64,000 bases of DNA. Source: Myxococcota bacterium. GTDB taxonomy: Bacteria > Myxococcota_A > UBA9160 > UBA4427. The position numbers and the translations under genes were made by a program. The stretch lies in NCBI GenBank assembly GCA_965250285.1, contig OZ252299.1:5056001-5120000 (forward strand), in the 5' to 3' direction. This document shows, piece by piece, positions 30,201 through 40,164 of the stretch. Numbering within the stretch: position 1 is the stretch's first letter; the number at the start of each line of letters is the position of its first letter. Under the pieces are notes generated by a model. The model made no database searches. It was given only the letters and a program-made list of their open reading frames with translations, and had not been told where the DNA came from.

Positions 30201-31090
30201 CGGCTTCCCAGACCCCGCGCCGAACGTACTGGCTCGACGATCGAATCGTCGACGAGCGCGATGCCGTGCTGCCTGTGCTCGACCACGGCCTGCTCTACGG
30301 CGACGGCCTCTTCGAGGGCATCCGCATCTGCGGTCGCCGCGTCTACCGACTCGCCGATCATCTGCGCAGGCTCACGGTCGGCGCCAAGGCGATCGGGCTC
30401 GCGCTGCCGGGTGGCGTGCCCGCATGCGAGAAGGCGGTGCTCGAGACGGCGCGCGCCCACGACAGCGACGACGCCTACGTGCGTCTGATCGTCACCCGCG
30501 GCGTCGGCGAGCTCGGCGTCGACCCCGCGACGTGCCACGAGCCACGCCTCATCGTGATCGTCTCCGACATCGCGATGTATCCCGAGGAAAAGCGCCGAGC
30601 CGGGCTCTCGCTCGTCACGTCGAGCCTGCGCCGCCCCCAGGCGGGTGTGCTCGACCCGGGCGTCAAGAGCCTCAACTACCTCAACAGCGTGCTGGCCAAG
30701 CGTGAAGCCCGCCTGCACGGCGCCGATGAGGCGCTGCTCCTCAACGCGCAGGGACAGGTCGCCGAGGCGAGCGGGGCCAACGTGTTCGCCGTGCGCGATG
30801 GCGTGCTCTCGACGCCACCCGCGACCGATGGTGCGCTGCCCGGCATCACCCGCCGCGGCGTGCTCGAGCTCGCCACCCAGCTCGGCTTCGAGACCCGTGA
30901 GCGCACACTCGGTCGCGTCGATCTGTGGGATGCAGACGAGGTCTTCCTCACCGGTTCGGGCGCACGCATCGTACCGGTGGCCCGCCTCGACGGGCAGGCA
31001 ATCGGCTCGGGCCACACGATTCGCCCGGTCACCGATGCGCTGCTCGCGGCCTTCCCCGACTACGCGCGCGAGCACGGCACGGCCTTCTGA
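30197..31090 (+). CDS. ilvE: Branched-chain amino acid aminotransferase (PLP class IV)
   Basis: DHGLLYGDGLFEGIR, KSLNYL, EASGANVF, LPGITR. Confidence 0.88.
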   Translation: MTASQTPRRTYWLDDRIVDERDAVLPVLDHGLLYGDGLFEGIRICGRRVYRLADHLRRLTVGAKAIGLALPGGVPACEKAVLETARAHDSDDAYVRLIVTRGVGELGVDPATCHEPRLIVIVSDIAMYPEEKRRAGLSLVTSSLRRPQAGVLDPGVKSLNYLNSVLAKREARLHGADEALLLNAQGQVAEASGANVFAVRDGVLSTPPATDGALPGITRRGVLELATQLGFETRERTLGRVDLWDADEVFLTGSGARIVPVARLDGQAIGSGHTIRPVTDALLAAFPDYAREHGTAF

Positions 31091-31163
31091 TCGAGCGCGA
31101 TCGAGCCACCCGCAGGCCCATCGACTGCTAATCTGCCGCCTCTGGCAACCAGAGGAGGCGACC

Positions 31164-32876
31164 GTGCGTTGGTCCCAGGCCCATATCCCCACTTTGCGCG
31201 ACGACCCGGCCGACGCCGAGGCGATCAGTCACAAGCTGCTCGTGCGCGCCGGGTTCATTCGTCAGCTCGTATCGGGTGTGTACTCGGTGCTGCCGCTCGG
31301 TGAGCGCGTCGTGCGCAAGATCGAGCAGATCATTCGAGACGAGATCGACGAGATCGGGGGTCAGGAGTTCAGCCTGCCGAGCCTCCAGCCGCGAGACCTG
31401 TGGGAGAAGAGCGGCCGCTGGGACGTGATGGGCCAGGAGATGTTCAAGTTCGAGGATCGTCGCGGCGCCGATACCGGCCTCGCGATGACGCACGAAGAGG
31501 TGTTCACGCACCTCGCGCTCGAGCTGCGCAGCTACAAGCAGCTGCCGCAGATCTGGTACCAGTTCGGCAAGAAGTTTCGCGACGAGGCGCGCCCCAAGAG
31601 CGGGCTGCTGCGCGTCCGCGAGTTCATCATGAAGGATTCGTACTCGTTCGACGTCGACGAAGCCGGCCTCGACCATGCGTTCGATCGCCACTTCGACGCC
31701 TATCGACGCATCTTCAGTCGCATCGGCTTCGATGCCGTCGCCGTCGAAGCCTCGTCGGGCGCCATGGGCGGCAACACCTCGATCGAGTTCATGTTGCGCA
31801 GCGACGCCGGAGAAGACTGGATCGTCGTCTGTCCTGCGTGTGGTTACGCAGCGAACACCGAGAAGGCGACCAGCCGCGTCGGCGAAGTGACGGATGATGC
31901 GCCGCCGGCGAGCCCCGAGAAGTTCCCCACGCCGGGGATCCGCACGATCGACGAGCTCGCCGCAAAGGAGTCGTTCGCATCGGCCGAGCGTCAGATCAAG
32001 ACGCTCGTGTATCGCATCGACGACAACCTGGTGCTGCTGCTGCTGCGGGGCTGCGACACGCTCGCCGAGCAGAAGGTCGTCGATCAGATCGAGGGCGAGC
32101 TGATTCGCCCGGCCGAGCCCGACGAGATCAAGGGCGCGCTCGGGGCCATGCCCGGCAGCCTGGGCGCGGTCGGTGTGAGCGACCTCTTCATCGTCGCCGA
32201 CGAGGCCCTGCGCGGACGCACCAACATGGTGACCGGCGCGAACGAGGACGACTTCCACCTGAAGGGCGTCGACATCGAGCGCGACATCGACGTGAAAGCG
32301 TGGCTCGACCTGCGCGAGGTGCAGGCGGGCGAAGGGTGCCCGATGTGCGGCGCATCGATCGACGTGCAGAAGACGATCGAGGTCGGGCACATCTTCAAGC
32401 TCGGCACGAAGTACAGCGATGCGCTCGGCGCCACGGTGCTCGACGAGAACGGCAAGGCCGTACCGGTCGTGATGGGCAGCTACGGCATCGGCCTCGAACG
32501 CAACATGGCGGCCGTGGTCGAGGCGAACCACGACGAAGCGGGCATCTGCTGGCCGATGAACGTCTCGCCCTACGAGGTCGTGATCACGGTGGTGAAGCCG
32601 AAGGACGTCGCGTGCCTCGAAGCGGCGGAGCGAATCTACGACGGCCTGAAGAAGTCGGGTGTCGACGTGATTCTCGACGATCGCGACGAGCGACCCGGTG
32701 TGAAGTTCAAGGATGCCGACCTCGTCGGTTTCCCGTATCGGGTGACGGTCGGACCGAAGGGCCTGGCCGACGGCGTCGTCGAGCTTCGCCGCCGCGCGAG
32801 CGGTGACGCGCGCGACCTGCCCCTCGACCATGCGGTCTCCGAGGTGGTCGAGGCCGTCGCCGACGAGCGCCGCTGA
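31164..32876 (+). CDS. proS: Proline--tRNA ligase with editing domain
   Basis: SHKLLVRAG, THEE, KFRDEARP, REFIMKDSYSF, EVGHIFKLG, MGSYGIG; GAGGAGG RBS + GTG. Confidence 0.97.
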   Translation: MRWSQAHIPTLRDDPADAEAISHKLLVRAGFIRQLVSGVYSVLPLGERVVRKIEQIIRDEIDEIGGQEFSLPSLQPRDLWEKSGRWDVMGQEMFKFEDRRGADTGLAMTHEEVFTHLALELRSYKQLPQIWYQFGKKFRDEARPKSGLLRVREFIMKDSYSFDVDEAGLDHAFDRHFDAYRRIFSRIGFDAVAVEASSGAMGGNTSIEFMLRSDAGEDWIVVCPACGYAANTEKATSRVGEVTDDAPPASPEKFPTPGIRTIDELAAKESFASAERQIKTLVYRIDDNLVLLLLRGCDTLAEQKVVDQIEGELIRPAEPDEIKGALGAMPGSLGAVGVSDLFIVADEALRGRTNMVTGANEDDFHLKGVDIERDIDVKAWLDLREVQAGEGCPMCGASIDVQKTIEVGHIFKLGTKYSDALGATVLDENGKAVPVVMGSYGIGLERNMAAVVEANHDEAGICWPMNVSPYEVVITVVKPKDVACLEAAERIYDGLKKSGVDVILDDRDERPGVKFKDADLVGFPYRVTVGPKGLADGVVELRRRASGDARDLPLDHAVSEVVEAVADERR

Positions 32877-33760
32877 TGCCGCCGACCGTTCATCTCTTCG
32901 ACGGTCATGTCTACATCTTTCGCGCGTACTACTCGCTGCCGTCGATGACGGCCGACGACGGCACGCCGTGCAACGCGGCCTACGGCTTTGCGAACACACT
33001 GATTCGGTTTGCGGCCGACCCCGACGTGACGCACGCCGCGATCTGTTTCGACTACTCGATGGAGAGCTTCCGCAACGAGGTGTTCCCCGAGTACAAGCAG
33101 AACCGCGGGGAGACGCCCGACGACCTCGAGCCCCAGTTCGACCTGTGTCGCGAGATCGCCGACGCGCTGGGCTACCCGGTCTTCGAAGAAGAGGGCTGGG
33201 AGGCCGATGATCTGCTCGCCACGATCTCGACGGGGGTCATCAAGAAGAAGGCCGACGCGGTCGTGATCACCAGCGACAAGGATCTCTGCCAGTTGGTGCG
33301 CGAAGACGGCCGGGTGATCTGCCACGACCTGGCCAAGGAGCACTTCTTCGACGCCGATGCCGTGCGCGCCAAGTTCGGCGTCGACCCCGCGCAGATCCCC
33401 GACTACCTCGGGCTCGTGGGCGACACGGTCGACAATCTGCCCGGTGTGCCCGGCGTCGGCGCGAAGGGCGCGGCCGCCGCCCTCGATGCCTGGTACACGA
33501 TCGACGAGATGCCCCACGAAGAAGAGGCGTGGAAGGCGCTCTCGGTGCGTGGCGCCGCCAGCCTCGGGCGCAAGATCAGCGAGCACCGCGAGCTCGCGCT
33601 TCGAACGAAGGAGCTCGCGACGGTGGTGCACGACGTGCCGGGGATCGCGCCCGGCCTACGCGACCTGCGCTATCGCGGTGCCGACCGCGACGCGGTGCGA
33701 GCCCTGTTCGATCGGCTCGGCTGGAACCGCATCTACGATCGCGTCGAACGCTGGCGCTGA
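32876..33760 (+). CDS. Standalone 5'-3' exonuclease/flap endonuclease
   Basis: FDGH..FRAYY, EYKQNR, WEADD, SDKD, GDTVDNLPGVPGVG. Confidence 0.9.
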   Translation: MPPTVHLFDGHVYIFRAYYSLPSMTADDGTPCNAAYGFANTLIRFAADPDVTHAAICFDYSMESFRNEVFPEYKQNRGETPDDLEPQFDLCREIADALGYPVFEEEGWEADDLLATISTGVIKKKADAVVITSDKDLCQLVREDGRVICHDLAKEHFFDADAVRAKFGVDPAQIPDYLGLVGDTVDNLPGVPGVGAKGAAAALDAWYTIDEMPHEEEAWKALSVRGAASLGRKISEHRELALRTKELATVVHDVPGIAPGLRDLRYRGADRDAVRALFDRLGWNRIYDRVERWR

Positions 33761-33780
33761 GCGCCGGCTCGGTCGGATCG

Positions 33781-34149
33781 TCACTCGAGCGTCTTCGCCC
33801 ACTCGTCCGCCCATCGATCGAGCGATTTGAGGGCCGGCCCGAGCTTGCGCCCGAGCGGCGTGAGGCTCGCGCCCGCTTCATCGCTTCGCGTGATCAGACC
33901 ACACGCTTCGAGCTCGGCCAGCCGGGTGCTGAGCGTATCGGGCGACATGTCACCGCATCGTGCTCGCAGATCGCGGAAGCCGGTGGGCCCCGTTCTCAGC
34001 TCCCAGAGGATGCGCAGGTTCCAGCGGCGGCCGAGCAGGTCGAGCGCCGCCATGATCGGGCGCCCACCCGCCGAGCCCCGGACGGCGCGACCCGGCAGCG
34101 GAACGTCGACGGGCTTCGGCCTGCGCGCCGTCTTCTTGCTTGCGGTCAT
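33781..34149 (-). CDS. HxlR-family winged HTH regulator
   Basis: ALDLLGRRWNLRILWEL, LSTRLAELE, LTPLG. Confidence 0.85.
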   Translation of the reverse strand: MTASKKTARRPKPVDVPLPGRAVRGSAGGRPIMAALDLLGRRWNLRILWELRTGPTGFRDLRARCGDMSPDTLSTRLAELEACGLITRSDEAGASLTPLGRKLGPALKSLDRWADEWAKTLE

Positions 34150-34724
34150 CGCGCCGGGAAGCGCGCGGCCCAGGGCTCGTGCGCGGTGCGCGTGCCGTTC
34201 GCGAAGAACGAGATCGCGTGATACCAGCCGGCGAGGATCAGCAGCTCGCCGATCTGATCCTCGTCGAAGTGCGTGCGCAGCTCGGCGAAGAGCGCGTCCT
34301 CGATTCGGCTCGTGTCGTGCAACGCATCGACCATGCGGAGGACCGCCGCATCGCGCTCGCTCCAGCATGCGTCGTCGGCGTCACCGTGCACGATCGAGTG
34401 GATCTGCGCTTCGTCGAGGCCCGCCTTCGCGCCGTACCCGGTGACGTGCACGCCCCATTCGTATTCGCAGCCGCAGCGCGCCGTCACCCGATCGATCACC
34501 AGCTCGCGCGTGCGCAGATCGAAGGATGCGCCGCCCTGCTTCGAGCCGGTCAGCATGAATCGGCCGAGCGGATGGATCGCCCGGGCCAGCGGCAGGTCGC
34601 GCGCGAAGGTGCGAAACAGGGCCAGCGGCTCGACGCCGCGCCCGCCGGGCATCATGGCTTCGAGCGCCTCGGTCACGTCGGGCTCGAAGGGGGCCTCGAG
34701 GGCGGGGATGCGGGGCTCGCTCAT
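34146..34724 (-). CDS. Carboxymuconolactone decarboxylase/AhpD-like protein
   Basis: RELVIDRV, CEYEWGVH, LAGWYH. Confidence 0.8.
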   Translation of the reverse strand: MSEPRIPALEAPFEPDVTEALEAMMPGGRGVEPLALFRTFARDLPLARAIHPLGRFMLTGSKQGGASFDLRTRELVIDRVTARCGCEYEWGVHVTGYGAKAGLDEAQIHSIVHGDADDACWSERDAAVLRMVDALHDTSRIEDALFAELRTHFDEDQIGELLILAGWYHAISFFANGTRTAHEPWAARFPAR

Positions 34725-34846
34725 CGGTGTTCTCCCGGGCGCTCGATTGATACGAAAAACGTACCACCGAAATCAGACCGAAGCAAGCGAGCGCGCAGCG
34801 CGCCGTGCGGAGCCGCGGGGGCCCCGCACGGCGCCGATGGCTCGAG

Positions 34847-35323
34847 TCAGTTGACCGAGTCGAGGTAGGCCGTGAGCGCGGTGAGCTCGTTCGCAAGATG
34901 CGGGAGCGGGATCATCACCTTCGAGGAGCGCTTGGGCGTGTAGCCCTCGGGATAGGTGCCGTGCATGACGCGGGCTTCGACCAGCGCGTAGGAAGACCCG
35001 GCCACGGCCGGGCCCAGCGCGCCGTCCTGCGCCGGGTTCTGACTGTGACACGCGATGCAGTTGGCCATGTAGACCTGGCGGCCCCGGGCGACGAGCTGCG
35101 CAGGATCCGGCTCGGCCGGCTCGGCCTTCGTCGGCTCGGGCGTCGCACTCGGCTTCGCGGGTGTGGCGGGCTTCGACGCCGTGGGCTTTGCGGGCTCGGC
35201 CTTCGAGGGGGCCGGGGCACTGCTTCCACCGTCAGAGCAGGCGGCCCACGCAAGCGCCAGCGCCGCGAGTGCGGCGACGATGCTCTTGTGCGGGCGAGAA
35301 CGGGGCTGCTTCGGATCGGTCAT
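34847..35323 (-). CDS. Monoheme cytochrome c, probable lipoprotein
   Basis: Lipobox WAAC, Pro/Ala linker, CIACH, GP motif, distal Met. Confidence 0.85.
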   Translation of the reverse strand: MTDPKQPRSRPHKSIVAALAALALAWAACSDGGSSAPAPSKAEPAKPTASKPATPAKPSATPEPTKAEPAEPDPAQLVARGRQVYMANCIACHSQNPAQDGALGPAVAGSSYALVEARVMHGTYPEGYTPKRSSKVMIPLPHLANELTALTAYLDSVN

Positions 35324-35468
35324 CTCGATTCCTTCGTTCGGCCGACACCGGCCGCCTTCGGGCCGCGAAGGCGGCGAGGGCCGGGAGAATACCCTCGAGA
35401 CTCGGATGACGCCGTGCGCCGCTCGGGTTCGCAACGCTCGGCTGCGGCAGCTGGGGTAGATTGCGCGC

Positions 35469-36059
35469 ATGTCGTCGCAGCGACCCGAGGGATCCGGACA
35501 AACGCGACCCGCAACGGCGGCGCCGCCGCTCTGGACCCTCGCCAACGCTCTGACCGCGACCCGCCTTTTGCTCGCGCCCGCGATCGCGTTCGCGATCGTG
35601 CACGAAGCTTCTCTTCTCGCGCTCGGCGTCTACCTCGTCGCCATCGCGAGCGACTTCATCGACGGCCGCGTCGCTCGTCATCGCGGCGAGGTCACCCCTT
35701 TCGGGGGCTTCTTCGATCACGTGACCGATGCGGTCTTCGTCGCGAGCGGGCTCGCCGCGCTCGCGGCTCGGGAGGCCGCGCCGGTCTGGCTCGCGCCCCT
35801 GCTGCTCGCGGCCTTCGCGCAGTACACCCTCGATTCGAGGGCGCTCCAGGGGCAGCCCCTGCGCGCGAGTCGGCTCGGTCGCTGGAACGGGATCGCGTAC
35901 TTCGTCGCGCTCGGCACGCCGGTCATTCGCGACGGCCTCGGTCTGGATTCGCCCGCCGACCCGGTGGTGCTCCTGTTCGGCTGGTTGCTCGTGGCGTCGA
36001 CGCTTCTGTCGATGGCCGATCGAGCGATCGCGCTCACCCGCGCGCGCGCCGCGCGCTGA
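35469..36059 (+). CDS. CDP-alcohol phosphatidyltransferase
   Basis: ANALT..R, DFIDGRVAR..T..G..FDHVTD motif. Confidence 0.88.
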   Translation: MSSQRPEGSGQTRPATAAPPLWTLANALTATRLLLAPAIAFAIVHEASLLALGVYLVAIASDFIDGRVARHRGEVTPFGGFFDHVTDAVFVASGLAALAAREAAPVWLAPLLLAAFAQYTLDSRALQGQPLRASRLGRWNGIAYFVALGTPVIRDGLGLDSPADPVVLLFGWLLVASTLLSMADRAIALTRARAAR

Positions 36060-36093
36060 CGCGAGGCGGGTGCTCCATTCGGTCGATCGGTTC

Positions 36094-36169
36094 GTGCCGC
36101 GCGGAGTTCACGATTCGGAGAAGGGCGGTGCCACGCGGAGTTCACGATTCGGCGAAGGGCGGTGCCGCG
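36094..36169. repeat. 34-bp tandem duplication spanning the SDR stop codon
   Basis: GTGCC(G/A)CGCGGAGTTCACGATTCGG(A/C)GAAGGGCG at 36094 and 36128 plus a partial third copy. Confidence 0.85.
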
Positions 36170-37041
36170 AGGATCGCCTTGGCGAGGTCGCCGACGTTCC
36201 ACGCTCCGGTGCTCCCGGGGTCGCGATAGGCGAGCAGCTTCTCGCCGGGCTCGCCGAACAGGCCGACATAGCCGCCCGAACCCGAGAACACCCGCCCGGT
36301 GATCCCGCGCGAGAGCGCGCTCGCGAGGAACACGTAGAGCGGCCCGAGATGCTCGGGCGGCGGTGGATCGAGTGAGGCCTGGCGAACCACGTCGTCGAGT
36401 AGTCCGCGCGCGTGCAGCGATTCGATGTGCCGCGCGTAGTCGTCGCCCGTCGAAAGCCGGGTGCGTGCGCCGGGGCAGACGGCATTCACCCGCACGCCGT
36501 GCTCGCGCAGCTCGGCCGCGATCGCGTAGGTCAGGCTGTTCGTCCCGCCCTTGCCCGCCGGGTAACCCGTGCCCCCGTAGTGCCCCATGAAGGCGTGCGA
36601 GCTCGTGTTCACGATCGCACCGCGGCCGGCCTGCTTCATGTGCGGCGTCGCGTGGCGACACGTGTTGAACGTCGCCGTGAGGTGCGCGTCGATCAGTCGC
36701 TGCCAGTCACCCGGCTCGAGGTCGAGGATCGACGAACCCGGTGGCTCGGCGATGCCCACGCAGTTCACGAGCACGTCGACCGACCCGAACGTGTCGATGC
36801 AGTGCGTGACCAGCGCGCCGGCGGCGTCGAACTCGGCGGCCGATCCGGCGTAGCCGATGGCCCGGTGCCCCGCGGCTTCGATCTCGGCGACGACGGCGTC
36901 GACTTCGGCCTGTCCCCGGCCGTTCACGACGACACGTGCCCCTGCCTCGGCGAGCGCCAGCGCGACGGCCCGGCCGATGCCGCGGCTCGAGCCCGCCACG
37001 ACGGCGCTCTGACCGTCGAGCGGCCGCGCGCCCGTCGTCAC
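36142..37041 (-). CDS. Short-chain dehydrogenase/reductase
   Basis: GSSRGIG, VLVNCVG, NTSS, YPAGK; GTG start overlaps upstream stop. Confidence 0.88.
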   Translation of the reverse strand: MTTGARPLDGQSAVVAGSSRGIGRAVALALAEAGARVVVNGRGQAEVDAVVAEIEAAGHRAIGYAGSAAEFDAAGALVTHCIDTFGSVDVLVNCVGIAEPPGSSILDLEPGDWQRLIDAHLTATFNTCRHATPHMKQAGRGAIVNTSSHAFMGHYGGTGYPAGKGGTNSLTYAIAAELREHGVRVNAVCPGARTRLSTGDDYARHIESLHARGLLDDVVRQASLDPPPPEHLGPLYVFLASALSRGITGRVFSGSGGYVGLFGEPGEKLLAYRDPGSTGAWNVGDLAKAILAAPPFAES

Positions 37042-38030
37042 GCCTCGCGGCCGGCGAAGAGCTCGCGGTTCGCGCGACGCAAGAAGAGCAGGCCGATCGC
37101 CGCGTTGAAGAAGATGAAGAAGTTGTGCTGGACGAAGCCGAACGCCGTCATCTGGCCCTCGTAGCCCGGGAACAGCACGACCCAGAGCGTGATCGCGACG
37201 GTGCGCATCGGCCCAGGTGTGGCCGCGCCGAAGAAGATCACCGGCAGCACACCGAGCATGCGTCCGAACGTCACGTCGGGGATGCCAAAGAGCTGCAGCG
37301 CCATCGTATATACGAAGACGGCCGCGATCAGCGCGGGCGATCGCAGCACGATGATCGTCGCGTACTGGCTCGCCTTCGATTCGTTGAAGGCCTTCATGAT
37401 CGGGCGTTCGGCGATCCCGAGATTCGAGAGGATGCGGCCCTGGAAGATCGCAAGCAGCAACGGGAACGCGACGTAGGCGACGCCCGCGATCACCGGGATC
37501 GCCTCGAACACCTCGGGCAGGGCGTCGCGCTGCAGGAGCCAGCCGATCAGAGCCCAGGTCAACAGGTAGTAGAACTCGCAGAACATGATGAACAGCATGC
37601 TCGAGCCGACCTCCCAGCCAGGGATGCCGTGCCTGCGGTTCAGGTAGAGGGCCATGGCCCCCTTGCCGACCTGCTCGTTGATGATCGAGAGGATGTAGCT
37701 GCTGCCGCGGATCGGCAGGATGTCTTTGTACGAGACCTTCGCGTTGAACCAGTTGATCACGCGCCACGCGATCAGTGAGTCGATGAGAAAGAAGAAGGCC
37801 GAGTACGGAATCATCAGCGCGAGCCAGGTGCCCCACGACACGCCGCCGAAGATCGAACCGAGGTACTCGAGGAGGGTCGCGTTCTCTCGCGCCGCCGCGG
37901 CTCCGAGGCGACCGTAGAGGTAGTAGAAGCAGGCGAGCGTGATCAGCCACGGGACGAGTCGCGCGACGAGGCCGGGCTTGCGCGGGCCCGCCTGCTCGTT
38001 CTCTTCTGACGCTTCGGCAGCTTCGCTCAT
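37038..38030 (-). CDS. Polytopic membrane protein (lysylphosphatidylglycerol synthase TM/flippase-like)
   Basis: About 8 TM segments, strong codon bias, operonic with SDR and epimerase. Confidence 0.6.
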   Translation of the reverse strand: MSEAAEASEENEQAGPRKPGLVARLVPWLITLACFYYLYGRLGAAAARENATLLEYLGSIFGGVSWGTWLALMIPYSAFFFLIDSLIAWRVINWFNAKVSYKDILPIRGSSYILSIINEQVGKGAMALYLNRRHGIPGWEVGSSMLFIMFCEFYYLLTWALIGWLLQRDALPEVFEAIPVIAGVAYVAFPLLLAIFQGRILSNLGIAERPIMKAFNESKASQYATIIVLRSPALIAAVFVYTMALQLFGIPDVTFGRMLGVLPVIFFGAATPGPMRTVAITLWVVLFPGYEGQMTAFGFVQHNFFIFFNAAIGLLFLRRANRELFAGREA

Positions 38031-38962
38031 GTGGGCTCCTCACTCGACCCGAGCACTCGGGCCAGCGTTTCGTCGAGTGGCGTCAGCTCGATGCCGAGCA
38101 GATCGCAGGCAACGCCGGCTTCGACGCGATCGTCGTGCTCGAGGATGTCGAGCATGTCGCGGGTCATGCCGGGGCTCGAGCTCGTCGTCTGCATCAGCGC
38201 GACCGCCGCGTTGACCAGCGGGCGAGGGATCGGCAGCACGGCGGGGCCTCGCTGGCCGAGTAGCCGCGCCGCCCGAGCGACGAGCTCGCGGTGCGACAGG
38301 TTCTCGGGGCCACCGAGATCGAGGGCGAGACCGCTGGCGCCCGATCGGTCGAAGGCCGCAAGGACGGCGTTGAGCACGTCGTCGGCGTCGATTGGCTGCT
38401 GGCGGGTTCGGCCGCCCGAGATCATGGGCGCGAAACCCGAACGCGCCTGTCGCCCGAGCGAGGCTGCCGCGTAGTCGCCCTCGCCGATCACCATCGGGAC
38501 GCGCAGCACGGTGGCCGGCGCGCTGCCTTCGAGCAGCAGCTCTTCGGCCCGCCCCTTCGAAGCCAGACAGGCGTTCGCGTGATCGGGCCGTGCGCCGATG
38601 ATGCTGAGATACGCGATGCGCTCGATGCCGCTTGCGGCGGCAGCCCGCGCGAGGCTGCGACACGTCGCTTCGTGGGCGTCTTCGTAGGTCGCGCCCGCCG
38701 ACTCCTTGATGATGCCGACGAAGTGGGCGACGAAGCGACAGCCCTGCATGGCCTCGGCGAGCCGGGCCTCGTCGGTGTAGTCGCCGACGACGACGTCGAC
38801 GCCCTTGGTCATCGGGTCGTCGCGCAGCGTCGCGGCGGCACGCTCGGACCGCACGAAAGCGCGCACTTCACGCTCGCCGCTTCGCAGCAGGCGAGCAATG
38901 AGCCGCCGGCCGAGATGGCCGTTGGCGCCGGTGACGAGTACGCGATCAGGATCGGTGGGCAT
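38027..38962 (-). CDS. NAD(P)-dependent epimerase/atypical SDR (NDUFA9-like)
   Basis: VTGANGHLG, SKGRAEE, QPIDADD, LGGPE. Confidence 0.82.
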   Translation of the reverse strand: MPTDPDRVLVTGANGHLGRRLIARLLRSGEREVRAFVRSERAAATLRDDPMTKGVDVVVGDYTDEARLAEAMQGCRFVAHFVGIIKESAGATYEDAHEATCRSLARAAAASGIERIAYLSIIGARPDHANACLASKGRAEELLLEGSAPATVLRVPMVIGEGDYAAASLGRQARSGFAPMISGGRTRQQPIDADDVLNAVLAAFDRSGASGLALDLGGPENLSHRELVARAARLLGQRGPAVLPIPRPLVNAAVALMQTTSSSPGMTRDMLDILEHDDRVEAGVACDLLGIELTPLDETLARVLGSSEEPT

Positions 38963-40127
38963 CGTGCGAAGGTAGCGGCTGGCTCGGGTCGACGGGGTGC
39001 AGAGTGCGGACGAGACTCAGCGCCGCGACGGCCGAGATGGCGCAGCCGATGGCCACGCCGAGCATGACCGCGGTGGGGCCGCGGTCGTCGCCGACGATGC
39101 CGAGGCCCCACGGCAGCAGAAACCCGCCCGCTCCGCCGAGCCCCACTACGATCGCAACCGCGGTCGCGCGGGCCTCGGGGACCGCTTGTCCAGAAAGTGC
39201 GACGAAGAGCGGGAATTGTGCGCCCATCGCGAGTCCGACGGCGCCCAGGAGCAGCTCGATCGACTCGAACCGCAGGGCGATGCCCGCGCCCAACACCAGC
39301 GTGCCCACGGTGGCCGTCCAGAACAGCGTGCGCACGCCTGCGGGGCGCGGCGCGAGCATGACCGCGACGCGCATCGCGAGCAGGCCGAGCCAGAAGGCGC
39401 TGATCGCGGTGCGGCCTCGATCGGCGCTGAGCCCCAGCACCTCGTCGGTGTAGGGGATCACGAAGAGCGTCAGGCACGTCTCGGCGCCGACGTAGAAGAA
39501 CGCCGCGACGATCAACCCGACGATCGCGGGTCGCGTGATCCACGCGCGGATCCCCGCTTCGTTTGCGGGATGAACGCTCGCGTGCGGCGAGGTCGAGAAC
39601 ACGTCGGCGCGCATGCCCCAGAGCGCAACCGCGGCGTGGGCGCCGCCGAGCACACGGAACCCGTCGACGTAGTCGCCTCCGCGATCGACCCATGCGAGGA
39701 TCGCGAGCGGTGCGAGCATGCCCCCGAGCGTGGCCGCCGAGTGCACGAAGGACAGGCGTCGCACCGAGTCTTCGGCGTAGCGCGACACCACCGTCGCGTT
39801 GACGACGGTCTCATAGAACCCGGCGCCGAGGCCGGCCACGAACAGGTGCAATGCGGCGCGCTCGAAGCCCATGCCGCGTCCGACCGTGAGCAGTGCGGTC
39901 GCCGTGAGGAGAACCGAGCCGACGAAGAGGGGACGCCCCGGTCGGCGGTCGGCCAACGGCCCGGCGCAGACCACGCCGATGCCGATACCGGCGACGATCG
40001 CGGCACCGAGCAGGCCGATCTCGCGCAGGCCCACGCCCAGCGCATCGGTCAGCTGCGGTTGGTACGCGCCCACTATGACGAGCTGGCAGCCGAAGAGGAG
40101 GAACGTTGCGAAGCCGAGGATCAGCAC
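38946..40127 (-). CDS. MFS transporter
   Basis: About 12 TM segments, GPLADRRPGR motif A. Confidence 0.85.
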   Translation of the reverse strand: MLILGFATFLLFGCQLVIVGAYQPQLTDALGVGLREIGLLGAAIVAGIGIGVVCAGPLADRRPGRPLFVGSVLLTATALLTVGRGMGFERAALHLFVAGLGAGFYETVVNATVVSRYAEDSVRRLSFVHSAATLGGMLAPLAILAWVDRGGDYVDGFRVLGGAHAAVALWGMRADVFSTSPHASVHPANEAGIRAWITRPAIVGLIVAAFFYVGAETCLTLFVIPYTDEVLGLSADRGRTAISAFWLGLLAMRVAVMLAPRPAGVRTLFWTATVGTLVLGAGIALRFESIELLLGAVGLAMGAQFPLFVALSGQAVPEARATAVAIVVGLGGAGGFLLPWGLGIVGDDRGPTAVMLGVAIGCAISAVAALSLVRTLHPVDPSQPLPSHDAHRS

Positions 40128-40164
40128 GACGAGAGCGTGCCGCTGCCGCGATCGAGTGTCGAGG

